Below, one piece after another: positions 25,340-37,594 of a stretch of 64,000 nucleotides of DNA. The notes under the pieces are model-generated. The model was given only the letters and a program-made list of their open reading frames with translations. It was not told the DNA's origin and ran no database searches. This DNA is from Squalus acanthias (lineage: Eukaryota): assembly GCA_030390025.1 (NCBI GenBank), contig CM059431.1, positions 119,662,001-119,726,000 on the forward strand. The letters run 5' to 3'. Positions within the stretch are counted from its first letter, which is position 1. Each line of letters starts with the position of its first letter. A program made the position numbers and the translations under genes.

Positions 25340-28300
25340 TAAATCTTCCTGGAAGTAGTGGAGAATCAAGAATGAGGAACTGAAAGAAATTAGTATTAGT
25401 AAAAAAATAGTACTGGAGAAATTAATGGGACTGAAAGCCGATAAATCCCTTGAATCTGATGGCCTACATCCTAGGGTTCTGAAATAGGTGCCGATAGAGA
25501 TAGTGGATGCATTGGTTGTCATCTTCCAAAATTCTATAGATTCTGGAATGGTGTCCACAGATTGGAAGGTAGCAAATGTAACCCCACTATTTAAGAAAGG
25601 TGGGAGAGGGAAAATGGGGAACTACAGGCCAGTTAGCTTGACATCAGTAGTAGGGAAAATGCTAGAATCTATTATTAAGGACGTGGTAACAGGGCACTTA
25701 GAAAATAATAATGAGATTGGACAGAGTCAACACGGATTTATGAAAGGGAAATTGTGTTTGACGAATCTGTTAGAGTTTTTTGAGGTTGTAACTAGCAGAA
25801 TAGATAAGGGGGAACCAGTGGATGTGGTGTATTTGGATTTTCAGAAGGCATTAGATAAGGTGCAACACAAGAGGTTATTAAACAAAATTAGGGCTCATGG
25901 GATTGGGAAAAATATACTAGCATGGATTGAGGATTGGTTAACCGACAGAAAACAGAGAGTAGGAATAAATGGGTCACAATTCAGGTTGGCTGGCTGTAAC
26001 TAGTAGGATACCGCAAGGATCAGTGCTTGGGCTTCAGCTATTCACAATCTAGATCAATGATTTGGATGAGGGGACCAAATGTAATATATCCAAGTTTGCT
26101 GATGATACAAGGCTGGGTGGGAATGTAAGTTTTGAGGAGGATGCAAAGAGGCTTCAAGGGGATAGAGATAGGCTAAGTGTGTGGGCAAGAACATGGCAAT
26201 TGTAATACAATGTGGAGAAATGTGAAGTTATCCACTTTGGTAGGAAAAATAGAAAAGCAGAGTATTTTTTAAATGGTGAGAGATTGGGAAATGTTGGTGT
26301 TCAGAGGGACCTGGGTGTCCTTGTACACGAATCACTGAAAGTTAACATGCAGGTACAGCAAGCAATTAGGAAAGCAAATGGTATGTTGGCCTTTATTACA
26401 AGAGGATTTGAGTATAAGAGTAAAGATGTCTTACTGCAATTATATAGGGCCCTGGTGAGACCACACCTGGAGTATTGTGTACAGTTTTGGTCTCCTTACC
26501 TAAGGAAGGATATACTTGCCATAGAGGGAGTGCAACAAAGGTTCACCAGAATGATTCCTGGGATGGGGGGATTGTCCTATGAGGAGAGGTCGAGTAGACT
26601 AGAACTATATTCTCTAGAGTTTAGAAGAATGTCAGGTGATCTCATTGAAACATACAAAACTCTTACAGGGCTTGACAGGGTAGATGCAGGGAGGATGTTT
26701 CCCCTGGCTGGGGACTTTAGAACCAGGGGTCACAGTCTCAGAATAAGGGGTCAGCCATTTAGGACTAAGACGAGGAGAAATTTCTTCACTCGGAGGGTGG
26801 TGAATCTTTGGAATTCTCTACCTCAGAGGGCTGTGAAGGCTCAGTCATTGAGTATATTCAAGACCGAAATTGATAGATTTTTGGATATTAAGGGAATCAA
26901 GGGTTGTGGGGATATAACAGGAAAGTGTGTAATGGAATAGCCATATTTCAGAAAAATACAACATCCTATAAACAGATTTTGATATTATTAATACAAGACA
27001 TACTGAGTTTAAAAGTCTGGAAAGCCTTGGCGACACAGGCTGCAAACACAATACAGGCTTCTGAGATAGGGTGAAGTGTTAACAAAAGCTGTAAAACACC
27101 ACAAGCTTTGAAATGGGAGATGGTTGTAAACACAAAAACAATGCCCCTATTAAAGCAAACCATTGGTACTTCCAGAATGTCTAGAGTGTGGAACAAAACA
27201 ATAGCAATGCCCAAGTAAAGTGTCAAAATCTAACACGTCGAACAGGTGCACAGAACATTAAAAAAAACAAGTGCCTTTGAAAAAATGACGTCAAGTAAAA
27301 GAAATACCTGCCGTAAAATAGTTTTATGTTAAACTTAGAAACAGGAAACACAATTAAATATGCAACCAATTGAGATAGCAAGAAAACAAGTAAGCACCCT
27401 AAGAGAAGTGTTTTCAATTTACAAGTTGTAAAAGGTACAAATAGGAAGGCTTTGAAAATATAATATCAATAGATGACACCAAGCAATTACATTGTGTTTG
27501 TATTGAACTTGGAATACCACGGAGTCACGACGTTTGGCTTACAAGCAGTTAAGTGATATTAAGAATTCAATAGAAAGACTTCCTAAGAATAGCATCAAAA
27601 ATTTAAATCTGTAATAACCATTTTATGATAGTTTTTGAAACACCTAAAGGTAGAGACAGAATTCTAAAAGTTGGCAGCTGAAATGACAGTAAGAATAGAA
27701 AAGAATTCAATACAGTATCACTAGAGACAATTAGCTTACATCAAAAGAAAACTTCAAAGAAAATACCACGAAAAAAAGGTATAAAAATAGAGCTTTTCAG
27801 ATAGAGAGTCAGAAGTCGCTGGGAAGGGGCAGAGCGATTCTCGCCTTCAGAACCATTCTATAGGCCTACAACTCTGAGTCTCGGGTAATCAAGGTATTTG
27901 ATTTTGGTGGATATTCTGGATTAAGAAATAAGTAGAAGTGTGGAAATGTAACAAAGTTAAGATTTGAGAATAAGGATCTCTGATAAGAAATGTAAGCTAT
28001 TTGTATTTTGAACGGTTAAAGTTGCAATTCCCATACCAGCTGTTAACTGAATGTTGGTTCTTTAATAAATCTATATATTTTTTAAATTGTCTCAAAGAGT
28101 ATTTCTGTATCAATCTTGCGAACTCAATTTCTGTACACTCTTCAGAGAGGAGTTGCAGAATTCTGGGCTTTTTTCCGGACCCTCATAATATCCGGAAGGT
28201 TACAGTCTAGTTAAACTTGTTAAAATGCTATCCAGTGGATGGTAACATCTCCAGGCCGTTCCTTTCCTTTAGGGAGAGATAGTCTGAACCTTTAGACCCA

Positions 28301-28515
28301 ATTAAGCGTCTCTAGGATTCGGCTACCACTAACTTCAGTTGAAGGTGAACGTCTGGGGAATACGCCTGATCTGGGGTAGCCCTGAAAAGGGCAAGGACTT
28401 GTAATTATCCCTTCAAGTGGAGTTGAGGTACAAGATCAGCCATGATCTTATTGAATGGCGGAGGAGGCTGGAGGGGCCGAATGGCCTACTTCTGCTCCTA
28501 TTTCTCATGTTGTTA
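25340..28515 (+). mobile_element. CR1 LINE (5'-truncated ORF2 with stops), split at its 3' end by a solo LTR
   Basis: ORFs 25488-26003 and 26212-26940 show CR1 RT motifs. GGAAAGTG|GAGTTGAGG rejoins across 26928-28415. Confidence 0.9.
26928..28415 (+). mobile_element. Solo LTR (1488 bp)
   Basis: TG...CA ends, 4-bp TSD AGTG (26924-26927 and 28416-28419), AATAAA near 28064. It interrupts a CR1. Confidence 0.85.
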
Positions 28516-28902
28516 CCATCTAATTTCTTCTCAATTTCACTCTTAGCTACACCTAGATGGGCCATAAAGTAATGTCCAACAAATAGCTGGCACAGACCAG
28601 TCCCCAAATTCCAACAATGACCATTGGAGTGCATCTCAATGTTACGTTGCTTGTTGGATTAAAAAAGGTGACAAAATTTGACAACCTAAACAAAAAAGCA
28701 CAACAAAATTCTGGTTGAAATGATACTTCTTCAAGTAATCTCTGACTTGCCTCTTTGCTATTTGGCACATTTTCTCCAGATATTTATGTGTTCTCAGCAG
28801 CCAAGGTCATAATCAAGAGACATCTGTCCTTTTTCCAGTTGCCTTCTGCTGCTCCTTGGTTGTTATCACACACACATACACATGTTATATTTTATGTATA
28901 AA

Positions 28903-28910
<8 letters not shown>

Positions 28911-28938
<28 letters not shown>
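28911..28938. repeat. (TA)n microsatellite
   Basis: Seen directly. Confidence 0.95.
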
Positions 28939-28941
<3 letters not shown>

Positions 28942-30618
28942 CACCCATTTGAATCTCAGTCTGAATTATAGTGTTATAACATCAAAATGCAGTTTATATA
29001 TTTGTGACTTTCTCTCCCTTCAGTCATTTGTGTAGCTTATGCTATAGTCTAGTGTGTTTACACTGCAGGTGATAGTGATGGTGACCTCAAGTGGAGTGCT
29101 GCAACATCACATTAACCACTTGTAGATGGAAAAGAAACACCTGCTAGCAAAACACAATTCCTAAGACCACAATCATGGTATTAAAATGTCAGTTTTGTTT
29201 TCTTTCCCTTCACTTTAATAGTGCTCCAGCAGAGGACTGACAAAACTCATCAAGTGAATTCAATGTCTAACCACAATGCTGCCAGACTATTTTGTGCCTG
29301 CTTTTAAGCTGGATAAATGTATATACTCAACAGATCTGAGTACACTAATGTACACCTGTGCTGAAGGATTTGCCAGTTTCTCAAGAACTTGTGGAACACC
29401 CACACAAAAGGCTCTGTATACACACAACAGTAGCGAGATTGGAAACTTTGACCAGATCACATCTGCATCCGTTACCACATAATGAACACTTTTTGTAAAC
29501 GGAACTCCAGGAGAAATGTAGATTTTGTGATGAAGGAAATAAGCACTGAGTCCATCAGCCATAAAATGAACTATTAACAAAGTTAGAATGACACAAGTAT
29601 ATCCAGAGTGTAGATATATTCCGAATGTATAAGATAAAATAGGCCACTGAATATTATCCTCCCCTTTTTTTGTTATTGAATGCTTCCTAAGATACGTGCA
29701 TTAAATTAGCTGCTTGTCTCCCAAGAAACAAGCTTCAAAATGCAATTTGTTGACATCAGATGCATTTTAATTATAGCTTTCATTTTACTTTTGTCAGTTT
29801 GGTAAGTGTTTCCAGTAACTGGCAGACTTACAGTCGCGCCCTTGTACTCCTGAAACGTGCTCAGTATTACAAAGGCTTTTGGTCACAAAGCTCTCCAGTC
29901 TGAGCTACTTCTTTTGAAAAACCTTATCTTGATTGCAATAGCATACTTAAAGGAGGAAGATTTCATAAGTAGTAAAGTAGAATACGCATTCATTTTTCTA
30001 CACTTGCCACACAGCGATTTTCTAAGTTTTGGAACAAAGCCTCAGAATATGCATTTGATAAGTCTTTCTAAATATTGACTTAGTATAGGGTGATGACATT
30101 TCCAATCAGTCCCACAATTACAGTCTGTGTAATTCAGTCTATAAATTTGATGCCTGTTATGTGCGTAACCTGCTACCAACCTTTATCAAGATTCTTTACT
30201 TAATTCGTGTTTCCATTAAAACGTGTGTGTTACATCATAAATTATCCAATACATGTTTAAATAACATTTTGTTAAGCTTCACTGTTTTATAGTATTTGAG
30301 TGAAATTTATTGCAGATGCCAATTAAAACATGATGAGCTCATTGAAAACAAACCCTGGCACCATACATACATTGGACAGAAATGAAGAAGAGGAGTTTAC
30401 ATCTAAGCATATTTAGCTATCAGCAGTTGCATGCAAATAGTTAAGAGAGAACTGCATATTTTTAAGTAAAATGTTCACATTTCACACAAGTTATTGCCAA
30501 AACCAGAACTCTATGAACATAACATACAATCAAAAATAAACTGGTCCTCATTTCTTTCCGTTTTCAATGAGATTTCAAGTAAACATTTTCCATATAATGC
30601 ATGCTCTATAAATGATAA

Positions 30619-30695
30619 AAATGAGAAGTCGCACAACACCAGGTTATAGTCCAACAGATTTATTTAATTTTACAAGCTTTCGAAGCAGTTCGCTC
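30619..30695 (-). mobile_element. 77-bp retroposed fragment, Penelope-like
   Basis: Flanked by a 13-bp direct repeat CTATAAATGATAA. The minus strand reads GGAGC-GAACT-GCTTC-GAAAGCTT, the 3' half of a hammerhead. Confidence 0.55.
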
Positions 30696-31977
30696 CTATA
30701 AATGATAATGGTAAGAGGAGTTGCCGATCAGCTATAGAATCAAATTGAAAGTTATGCTGAAGTAGAAGTAGTTCCTTTCCAGCACCACAGCTAGGAAACC
30801 ACCAGAACTTGACATATTGAGAGGCAGGTTATCAGTGGGATTTCTCCCTCTCACTGGTATAAAAACAGATGGTGGCGGTAAGACCACATCTATGTGTAGA
30901 GATAAGAACCTTCTCCGGTTCTCACGTCAACACAAAGCATGCAGAAAGGCACAGAATGCTCAACCAAGGATGGACAACATTTATATTAAATATATATGAT
31001 ATTTTCTGAACACGAGCAGTGGTGCAAATTACCATAGTTAATGCTGTGCAACTTGTATCAGTAAAATGTGTAAGGGGGCGTGTCTCAGACGGTGCTGGTG
31101 CGAGGTTAGGCCTTCGTTGCCTATACTATTGCTTGCTCTGGTCTCCGGCCAGCCTTTTTGCAATAAGCACCTGTGAGTGGTTTGACCCACTCGCCCTTAC
31201 GGTTCTAACACTGGACTTAGGTGCAGGGAGCAGTAATGTAGAGATAAACTCAAATAGACCCGGATGAATAGTACGAAATGGAAATCTTTATTGCATGGCG
31301 TCTAAAATCATAAAATACATGTCATATGCGCAAATCAAAGATAGTACAAGTATACATACATTCATAAAGCTTGGTCTGTGGAAATGGAGAACACACGGCA
31401 CATCGTAGACAGGAGAACACATTGGGGGAAAAATTCAGTTGGTTGCGCCTCCTGTTAGCGCCTTAAGAGGGCGCTAATGGGGCGCAAAGCAGCTAGCGCC
31501 CGGGCGCAGCGATGTTTGCGCCGCTCGCGAACTTAACTAGACATTTTGCGGCAGCGCTAAACTTTATCGCCGCGATCTCCTGCGCGCGCAGATTGTGGCG
31601 CCCCGGAGCAGAATTTCAGTGGCGCCCCCATCCTTACCGCCTGGCGCATCCAACGACCGGAAGAGTGGAACGCTAACAATCGCTGTGGGGCTGAGGGGGG
31701 CGCTATTTAAAGGGGGCCTCTTCCTGTCTTTCTCTGTGGTTGACATTTTTGCACCACTCGTTCTGAGAGAGAGAGAGAGATTCGGAGAGAGAGAAAGAGA
31801 GACTTCTGCATTGAGTCAACGCTGTGTGAGGTAGTTTTGGCTACTCATCCTAACTTCGCTGGTACTTTGGTTTCTGGCCTTCATAACTTTGCTTGCTAAG
31901 AGATATGGGGGCTGCACTGATGGGGGGGCGTCGTCCTGCGCCAGCTGAATCGGAGGAGACAGAGACGCAGAGAGAGA

Positions 31978-32936
31978 GTGGCAATGATGGCCAGACGGAG
32001 GAGGGCCAACAGGCGTCTGTACAGGAGAGCTTACCCTCCCAGGGTATATCGTGAACAGCTCTCCTACATTCATATGTCTGATGAGCAGTGTCTGCGAAGG
32101 CTGCACTTCAGCAAGGAGGTGGTCACTGAGCTCTGCCACCTGCTGCAGCCAGATCTGCAGCCTCAACTGAGGTCCAGGACGTCTCTGTCGGTGGCAGTGA
32201 AGGTCACAGTGGCTCTGAACTTTTATGCTACTGGCTCATTTCAATCTGCTGTTGGGGACATCGCCAATATCTCCCAGTTCGCGGTGCATTGCTGCATCAG
32301 GAAGGTCACACATGCCCTCTTTAAAAGGAGACGAGAGTTCATCTCTTTCCCCATGACCCCAGACAAGCAGCAAGAACGCGCTCTGGGCTTTGCGAGGATA
32401 GCGGGCTTCCCCATGGTGCAGGGCGCCATTGACTGCACGCATGTGGCTTTGCGTGCTCCGCAGGAGAATGCCGAGGAATTCCGGAACAGAAAGGGGTTCC
32501 ATTCCTTGAATGTTCAGTTGGTCTGTGACCACAGACAGCTGATACTCGCTGTCAATGCTCACTATCCTGGCAGCTGCCACGATGCTTTCATCCTGCGCCA
32601 GACTACTGTGGCAGAACTTTTCGAGGCACCGCATCAGCCAGTTGGTTGGCTTCTCGGGGACAAGGGGTATCCACTGAGCACCTGGCTGATGACACTGCTC
32701 CGTACGCCCAACACCCCTGCTGAGCTGCAGTACAACGAGAGCCATCAAGCTACCAGGAACATCGTGGAGCACACAATCGGCGTGCTCAAGCAACGGTTCC
32801 GCTTTCTCGACCATTCTGGAGGAGCCCTGCAGTACTCGCCTGAGCGAGTTTCCAACATCGTAGTTGTGTGCTGCATGCTGCATAACATGGCAATCCTCAG
32901 GACCCAGCCAATGCCACCAGGCCTTGGAGCACCACC

Positions 32937-32967
<31 letters not shown>

Positions 32968-33066
32968 GAGGAGGATGATCAGCAGCAGCACCAAGGCGGG
33001 AGGGCGGCCCACAATGGTGAAACTGCAAGGGCCGTCCGTCAGCGGCTGATAGCAAGCTGCTTCTAG
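31978..33066 (+). CDS. Harbinger (HARBI1-like) transposase, ~360 aa
   Basis: Motifs GFPMVQGAIDCTH, NRKGFHSLNVQ, HDAFIL, LLGDKGY, IVEHTIGVLKQRF and CCMLHN, with an acidic C-terminal run. First in-frame ATG is at 31984; the original start is probably 31905 with a +1 G. Confidence 0.95.
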
Positions 33067-33377
33067 GCCCCTGCTGTGGAAATGGCTTCTGCCATTGAGA
33101 ACAGCATGAATGTACCCAACACGCAACCCCTAAGCCGGCCAAGGCACCAATGATTCCAAACACCAAACATGTATATTTTGAGTACCAAAACTTATTTATT
33201 TTACAAACTCTGTGTGTGTCATTTCTTCATGACAAACTCATACAAATAAACACAAAAAAACAGTCATTACCATAACTGGTTCTCACAACCTGGAGATCAT
33301 GTGCAAAACACTCAACAAATGTTTGACCACGAACCTCGGCCTTTAATAAAAAAATGACCAGCATTTTGTCACACCTC

Positions 33378-35221
33378 CTACATCGAGGGTGAACTCCTTC
33401 CCGTGTGCCCTTCCCCCCTTCTTACCCTACTGCTCCTCCCCAATGGGACCTCAGTGGCTGCAGCAAGGCTGGTGGAAGGCTGCTGACTGTCAGGCCCTGA
33501 CAATGCAGATGCCCTTGAGGGACGGCCTCCACCAGTTCTGGGCCTGGAGGGCCCGGCTGCAGACTGCACCAACTCTGCATGTGCGGCAGCAGTCTGTCCT
33601 ACAGGCAGTGGCAACTGCAGTGGAGAAGTGACAGTGGTGGCAGCAGGAATGCTGTCATCTTGAGCGAGGACAGCAACTCCCTGCTCGACCGGCACACTGG
33701 CACTCCCACGGGGCAGCACCTCAGCATCCGGAGCAATCTGCTGGAGCACAGATTGCTGACCTGCTGCGGCGCGGTGAGAGCCCCGGGGAAATGTGAACGA
33801 ACCAGCGAGGATGGCAGCAGACAGTGCTCGCGTGACTTCAATCTGAGTCTGCATGAGAGCAGTCTGAGATTGAATTGCAGCACTGAGCTTCAGTGTCGCA
33901 TCCGCCTGCGCTGCAGCGAAGTGCTCCACACTCCTTGCCAGTGCTTCAATGCATTCAGCCACCCTACCCACTGCAGCCATGAGCTCAGTGTGCATGCCCA
34001 CCGCCTGGGTGTTCATTTCCGCGATCAGCCGCTCCTCCTCTGCGTCCAGTGCAGCAGGACTCGCTGGCATACTCTCCCTCCGGGGAGAAGGCCCCCGAGC
34101 TTCCCTACCCCCATCGCGTTGCTGCAGCCCGCTGGGTCCTGGAGCTTCACCCTCATCAGACCCTTCCCCCCTGCTCCCCTCCAGGGAAGGCGTGTTCCCA
34201 GTGTCGGCATGGGCTTCCTCGGGAGAGGGTGGCACTGATGCTCCGGCTTCCTCTTCCTCCTCGGCTGCAGCTTCACTCCCACTGGCAGCTTCAGGGCCCG
34301 TCTCCTCAGCTGGTGAATCACCATCTGAAAGCAGGGAGGTACAAGAGTGGCTTTAGCGTGAGGACAGGGTGGCAGTAAGGGAGGAATAAGTGCAGCGAGT
34401 TAGTAAGTTTGATTGAAAGTGTCAAAGGCTGGTGTTGTGAGGGACAAGTGGAAGGACAGAGGACAAAAAGGTGATGACCTTACCATTGCTGTCCAGAACG
34501 GGGTCGGCGTCTCCAGTGGCGACGGGACCGATCACCCGGCTTGCCACAATCCTGTGGACGCGCTCCTCAAGATCGCTGAGGGGTTGCAGCTGAGGCCGCC
34601 CTCCACCCGTCCGTTGCTGCTGTCGCCTATTATGCGCCAGCTTGGCCTGCAAGAAAAAGGACGGCGTCTGAGTAAATATACAGCCATGGTCTTGCCTGAT
34701 GTGCCTCCCATAGGTGAATAGCCCTTACTGTATACAGCCATGGTCTTGCCTGATGTGCCTCCCATAGGTGAATAGCCCTTACTGTATACAGCCATGGTCT
34801 TGCCTGATGTGCCTCCCATAGGTGAATAGCCCTTACTGTATGCAAAGTATGGAATGTGTGTGTGTGCTTCATGAAAGGGCCATAGGTGTTGGATGAGTGT
34901 TGTTAATTGTGGTTTTAAGACCCTCTGGACATAGAGTGAGGTTGAGATGGAGGGATGGAGAGGTATTGCAAAAAAGCCACTCACCCTGACGACCCGAGTG
35001 AGGTCGTTGAACTTTTTCCGGCATTGGACATGGGTCCTGGGCACCATGCTCCTGGAGGAGACGCGCTGAACCACCTCCCTCCACACTCTTCTGTAGTCGC
35101 GCGGCAAAGGCCTCCTGCCACTCTCTGGGTACAGTATTGGTCTTCGGCGCTCCACTGCGCCAACCAGAGCATCCAAGGCCCGCTCGGTGAAGCGCTCAGC
35201 TCGTTTTCTCACCCTCTCCAT
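33378..35221 (-). CDS. Myb/SANT-like (MSANTD/NAIF1-type) DNA-binding partner protein; exons 35221-34985, 34646-34484 and 34324-33378; 448 aa
   Basis: Exon 1 reads RKRAERFTERALDALVGAV...WREVVQRV...RTHVQCRKKFNDL; exon 2 contains RTGGG. Canonical GT-AG sites in phases 0 and 1 give a continuous 1347-nt frame. Confidence 0.88.
34677..34841. repeat. 54-bp tandem repeat, 3 perfect copies, in Myb intron 1
   Basis: Unit TATACAGCCATGGTCTTGCCTGATGTGCCTCCCATAGGTGAATAGCCCTTACTG starts at 34677, 34731 and 34785. Confidence 0.95.
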
Positions 35222-36892
35222 CCTTGGCTGGAAAATGGATTCACAGGTCTCTCCAGGCCGAGATTCAAGGCTGCAATGAGCAGGGTGTGGCTGGGGAGCA
35301 AGATCGCCCCCCCTTTAAGAACTGGCCGGCGCCAGTGTGTCTGTGTTCCCTCGCTAACTGGCAGCACCTGCGCTGCGCTCGCGCTCTGAGTTAGCGCCTC
35401 ACTCCTCGGCCTTTGCGCCTTAAGACAGGTGTGCAGCGCCTGATTTAGCGCTCCAATCACCTCCAGGGGCGTTAAAAGTGAAGTTTCCAGTCAGTGGCGA
35501 TAATTAGCGCCAGGCGCTAATTTTTGCGCCCGAACGATATTTGCGCCCCAAACGGGGCGCGACTGAATTTTTCCCCCATTATATCTTAACCTTATTAAAA
35601 CCACCCTCCCTTAATAATACCTACACTACGTCTAGATTTGTAGGATCTGAAAACATGCTCACAACTCGTGTTACTTCGGAGATTTTTTAAAGTGAGGCAC
35701 TCAGCTTGTTTCGCTGCAGCGCCTGACTGTCACGTGTTTGGAAGGGTTTCTGCGCCCCACTTGTTTACTTTCGCTGCTGCGAAAAGCAGGCCAGACTCCC
35801 TGTTGTCATGAAGAAGTCGATGGACCCAGACCGGATCATGCAGTAACCCGCAGAATTCAAAGATGAGTTCTGTATTTATATTTTCGGGCGCGGTCGGGGT
35901 TTACTGACCGTGGCGGCACGTGGATTTTCTTCTCGTCTTCTCGTCTTCTTCTCCTCGGGCCTCCGGGTCCAGACACCGTTTACCGACACTCGGGATGGTG
36001 TACCCTGTTACTTGCCCTTGTCGGGGCGGCTCGTACCGATTGAGCTCCACCCAACACTCGAATAACTGACCAGTCAAGAGTCAACAAATTCCAGAGAGAA
36101 AATCAAGAGGCTGCTCATCCAGCAGAGTGATACCAGAGGATAAGAGTTCAGCCCGAGTCAAGAGTCAGCAGAGATAAGAGCTCGATGGACATTTGTTCTC
36201 TATAGTTATAGTGATGTGTCCTCTTATCTCCCGCTGAAATCTTAATGTTTGTCCTTTGTGTAATATTGGCGCTCAAAACTCCCAGCATGGGGCGGTTGTC
36301 TTCTTTAACGGGTTTCGGTAGCACCTGAAACTGGCCAACTATCCGTTAATGTTTTCCCCATTGTTGGACCAGCCAGGATCGTCTCCCTGACTGGTTTTGG
36401 GGGCCCCCGAATACCGACTTAATCACCTGTCAATGTCTCTCTCATTGTACAGCCGGGGGGGTATTTGTGTATTGATGTGTCTGGATGGGCCTTCGATTGC
36501 CCAGTACAATGATCCTTACTGTGCATAGGAAAACGATTCCAGCACTTATATCTTTGCTATTGTTCCAAATGCAAACGGGTTGCATCCTGTCATTATCAGT
36601 GTTTACCGAGTATGATCCAATCTTATACTAAATGTATATTCGACGCCATTTTGTCTGCCCACTGTGTTTCTGGAAGCTTCTGCCACGATGCTCGGTGGCC
36701 ATTTTACAGACTTCTGTGTCCTTTATTATCAGGACAGCATTTCGTTTAATAAAACTGATCAAACGAATCTGCTTCTCTTGTGTTATTTTGAATCGCGATA
36801 ATTGCGAAACTTTACAAATGCATTCAGTCCCCAGAATCAGAAATGCTAGGGCAATGACAATTTACAATTTTGGATTATTTAAGATCTTTAAT

Positions 36893-37066
36893 CTGAGGCA
36901 TTAAACTGAGGTCCTGTCTGCCTGCTCAGGTGATTGTAAAATATCCCACAGCACAATTTAAGAACAGAATGTTCTCCTAGTAATGACATTTCTCCCTCAG
37001 CGAACACCTTCAAAACCAATTGATCAGGTCCTTCATTTAATGGATGTTTGTGGGATCTTGCTGTAT
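36893..37066 (+). mobile_element. DeuSINE 5' part; its 3' part is at ~52699-52830
   Basis: TTAAACTGAGGTCCTGTCTG...TTTGTGGGATCTTGCTGT continues as TGTGCAAATTGGCTGCTGCG...AAATGCAAG at ~52700. Confidence 0.7.
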
Positions 37067-37594
37067 GAATATAAGAACTTAAGAATTTGGAGCATGAGTA
37101 GGCCATACGGCCCCTCGAGCCTGCTCCATCATTCAATAAGATCATGGCTGATCTTCGACCTCAACTCCACTTTCCCGCCCGATCCCCATATCCCTTGATT
37201 TCCCTAGAGTCCAAAAATCTATCGATCTCAGCCTTGACTATACGCATTGATTCAGCATCCACAGCCCTTTGGGGTACAGAATTCCAAAGATTCACAACCC
37301 TCTGAGTGAAGAAATTCCTCCTCATCTCAGTCTTAAATGGCCGACACCTTATCCTGACACTATGCCCCCTAGTTCTAGCTCCAGCCAGGGGAAACAACCT
37401 CTCAGCATCTACCCTGTCAGAATCTTATGTGTTTCAATGAGATCACCTCTCATTCTTCTAAACATCAGAGAGTATAGGCCCAATCTACTCAAGCTCTCCT
37501 CTAGTACAAACGTCTCATCCCAGGAATCAATCTAGTGAAGCTTCATTACATCGCCTCTAAGGCAAGTATATCCTTCCTCAGATAAGAAGACCAA

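Larger units (their letters stand above)
31424..35577 (+). mobile_element. Full-length two-gene PIF/Harbinger transposon, family B (4154 bp)
   Basis: Perfect 16-bp TIR GGGGGAAAAATTCAGT and ATT TSD. The empty site GAACACATTATA is visible in the LTR copy at ~53452. Transposase and Myb genes are convergent. Confidence 0.97.
31069..36816 (-). mobile_element. Solo LTR (~1.6 kb net) interrupted by Harbinger family B
   Basis: TGTAAG...TTTACA ends with AATG TSD. Colinear with the uninterrupted copy at 53094-54721. AATAAA on the minus strand near 31290. Confidence 0.85.

Noticed and set aside
24391..28415. Full LTR retrotransposon (LTR-RT-LTR)
   Set aside because: The RT is CR1-type, there is no gag or integrase, and the right LTR has its own TSD inside the CR1.
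29050..29600. Possible host exon in repeat-free sequence
   Set aside because: No recognisable protein in any frame and no convincing splice pair. A non-coding exon or conserved element cannot be excluded without alignment.
32236..33126. 296-aa antisense ORF
   Set aside because: It is the shadow of the GC-rich transposase frame and has no recognisable motifs.
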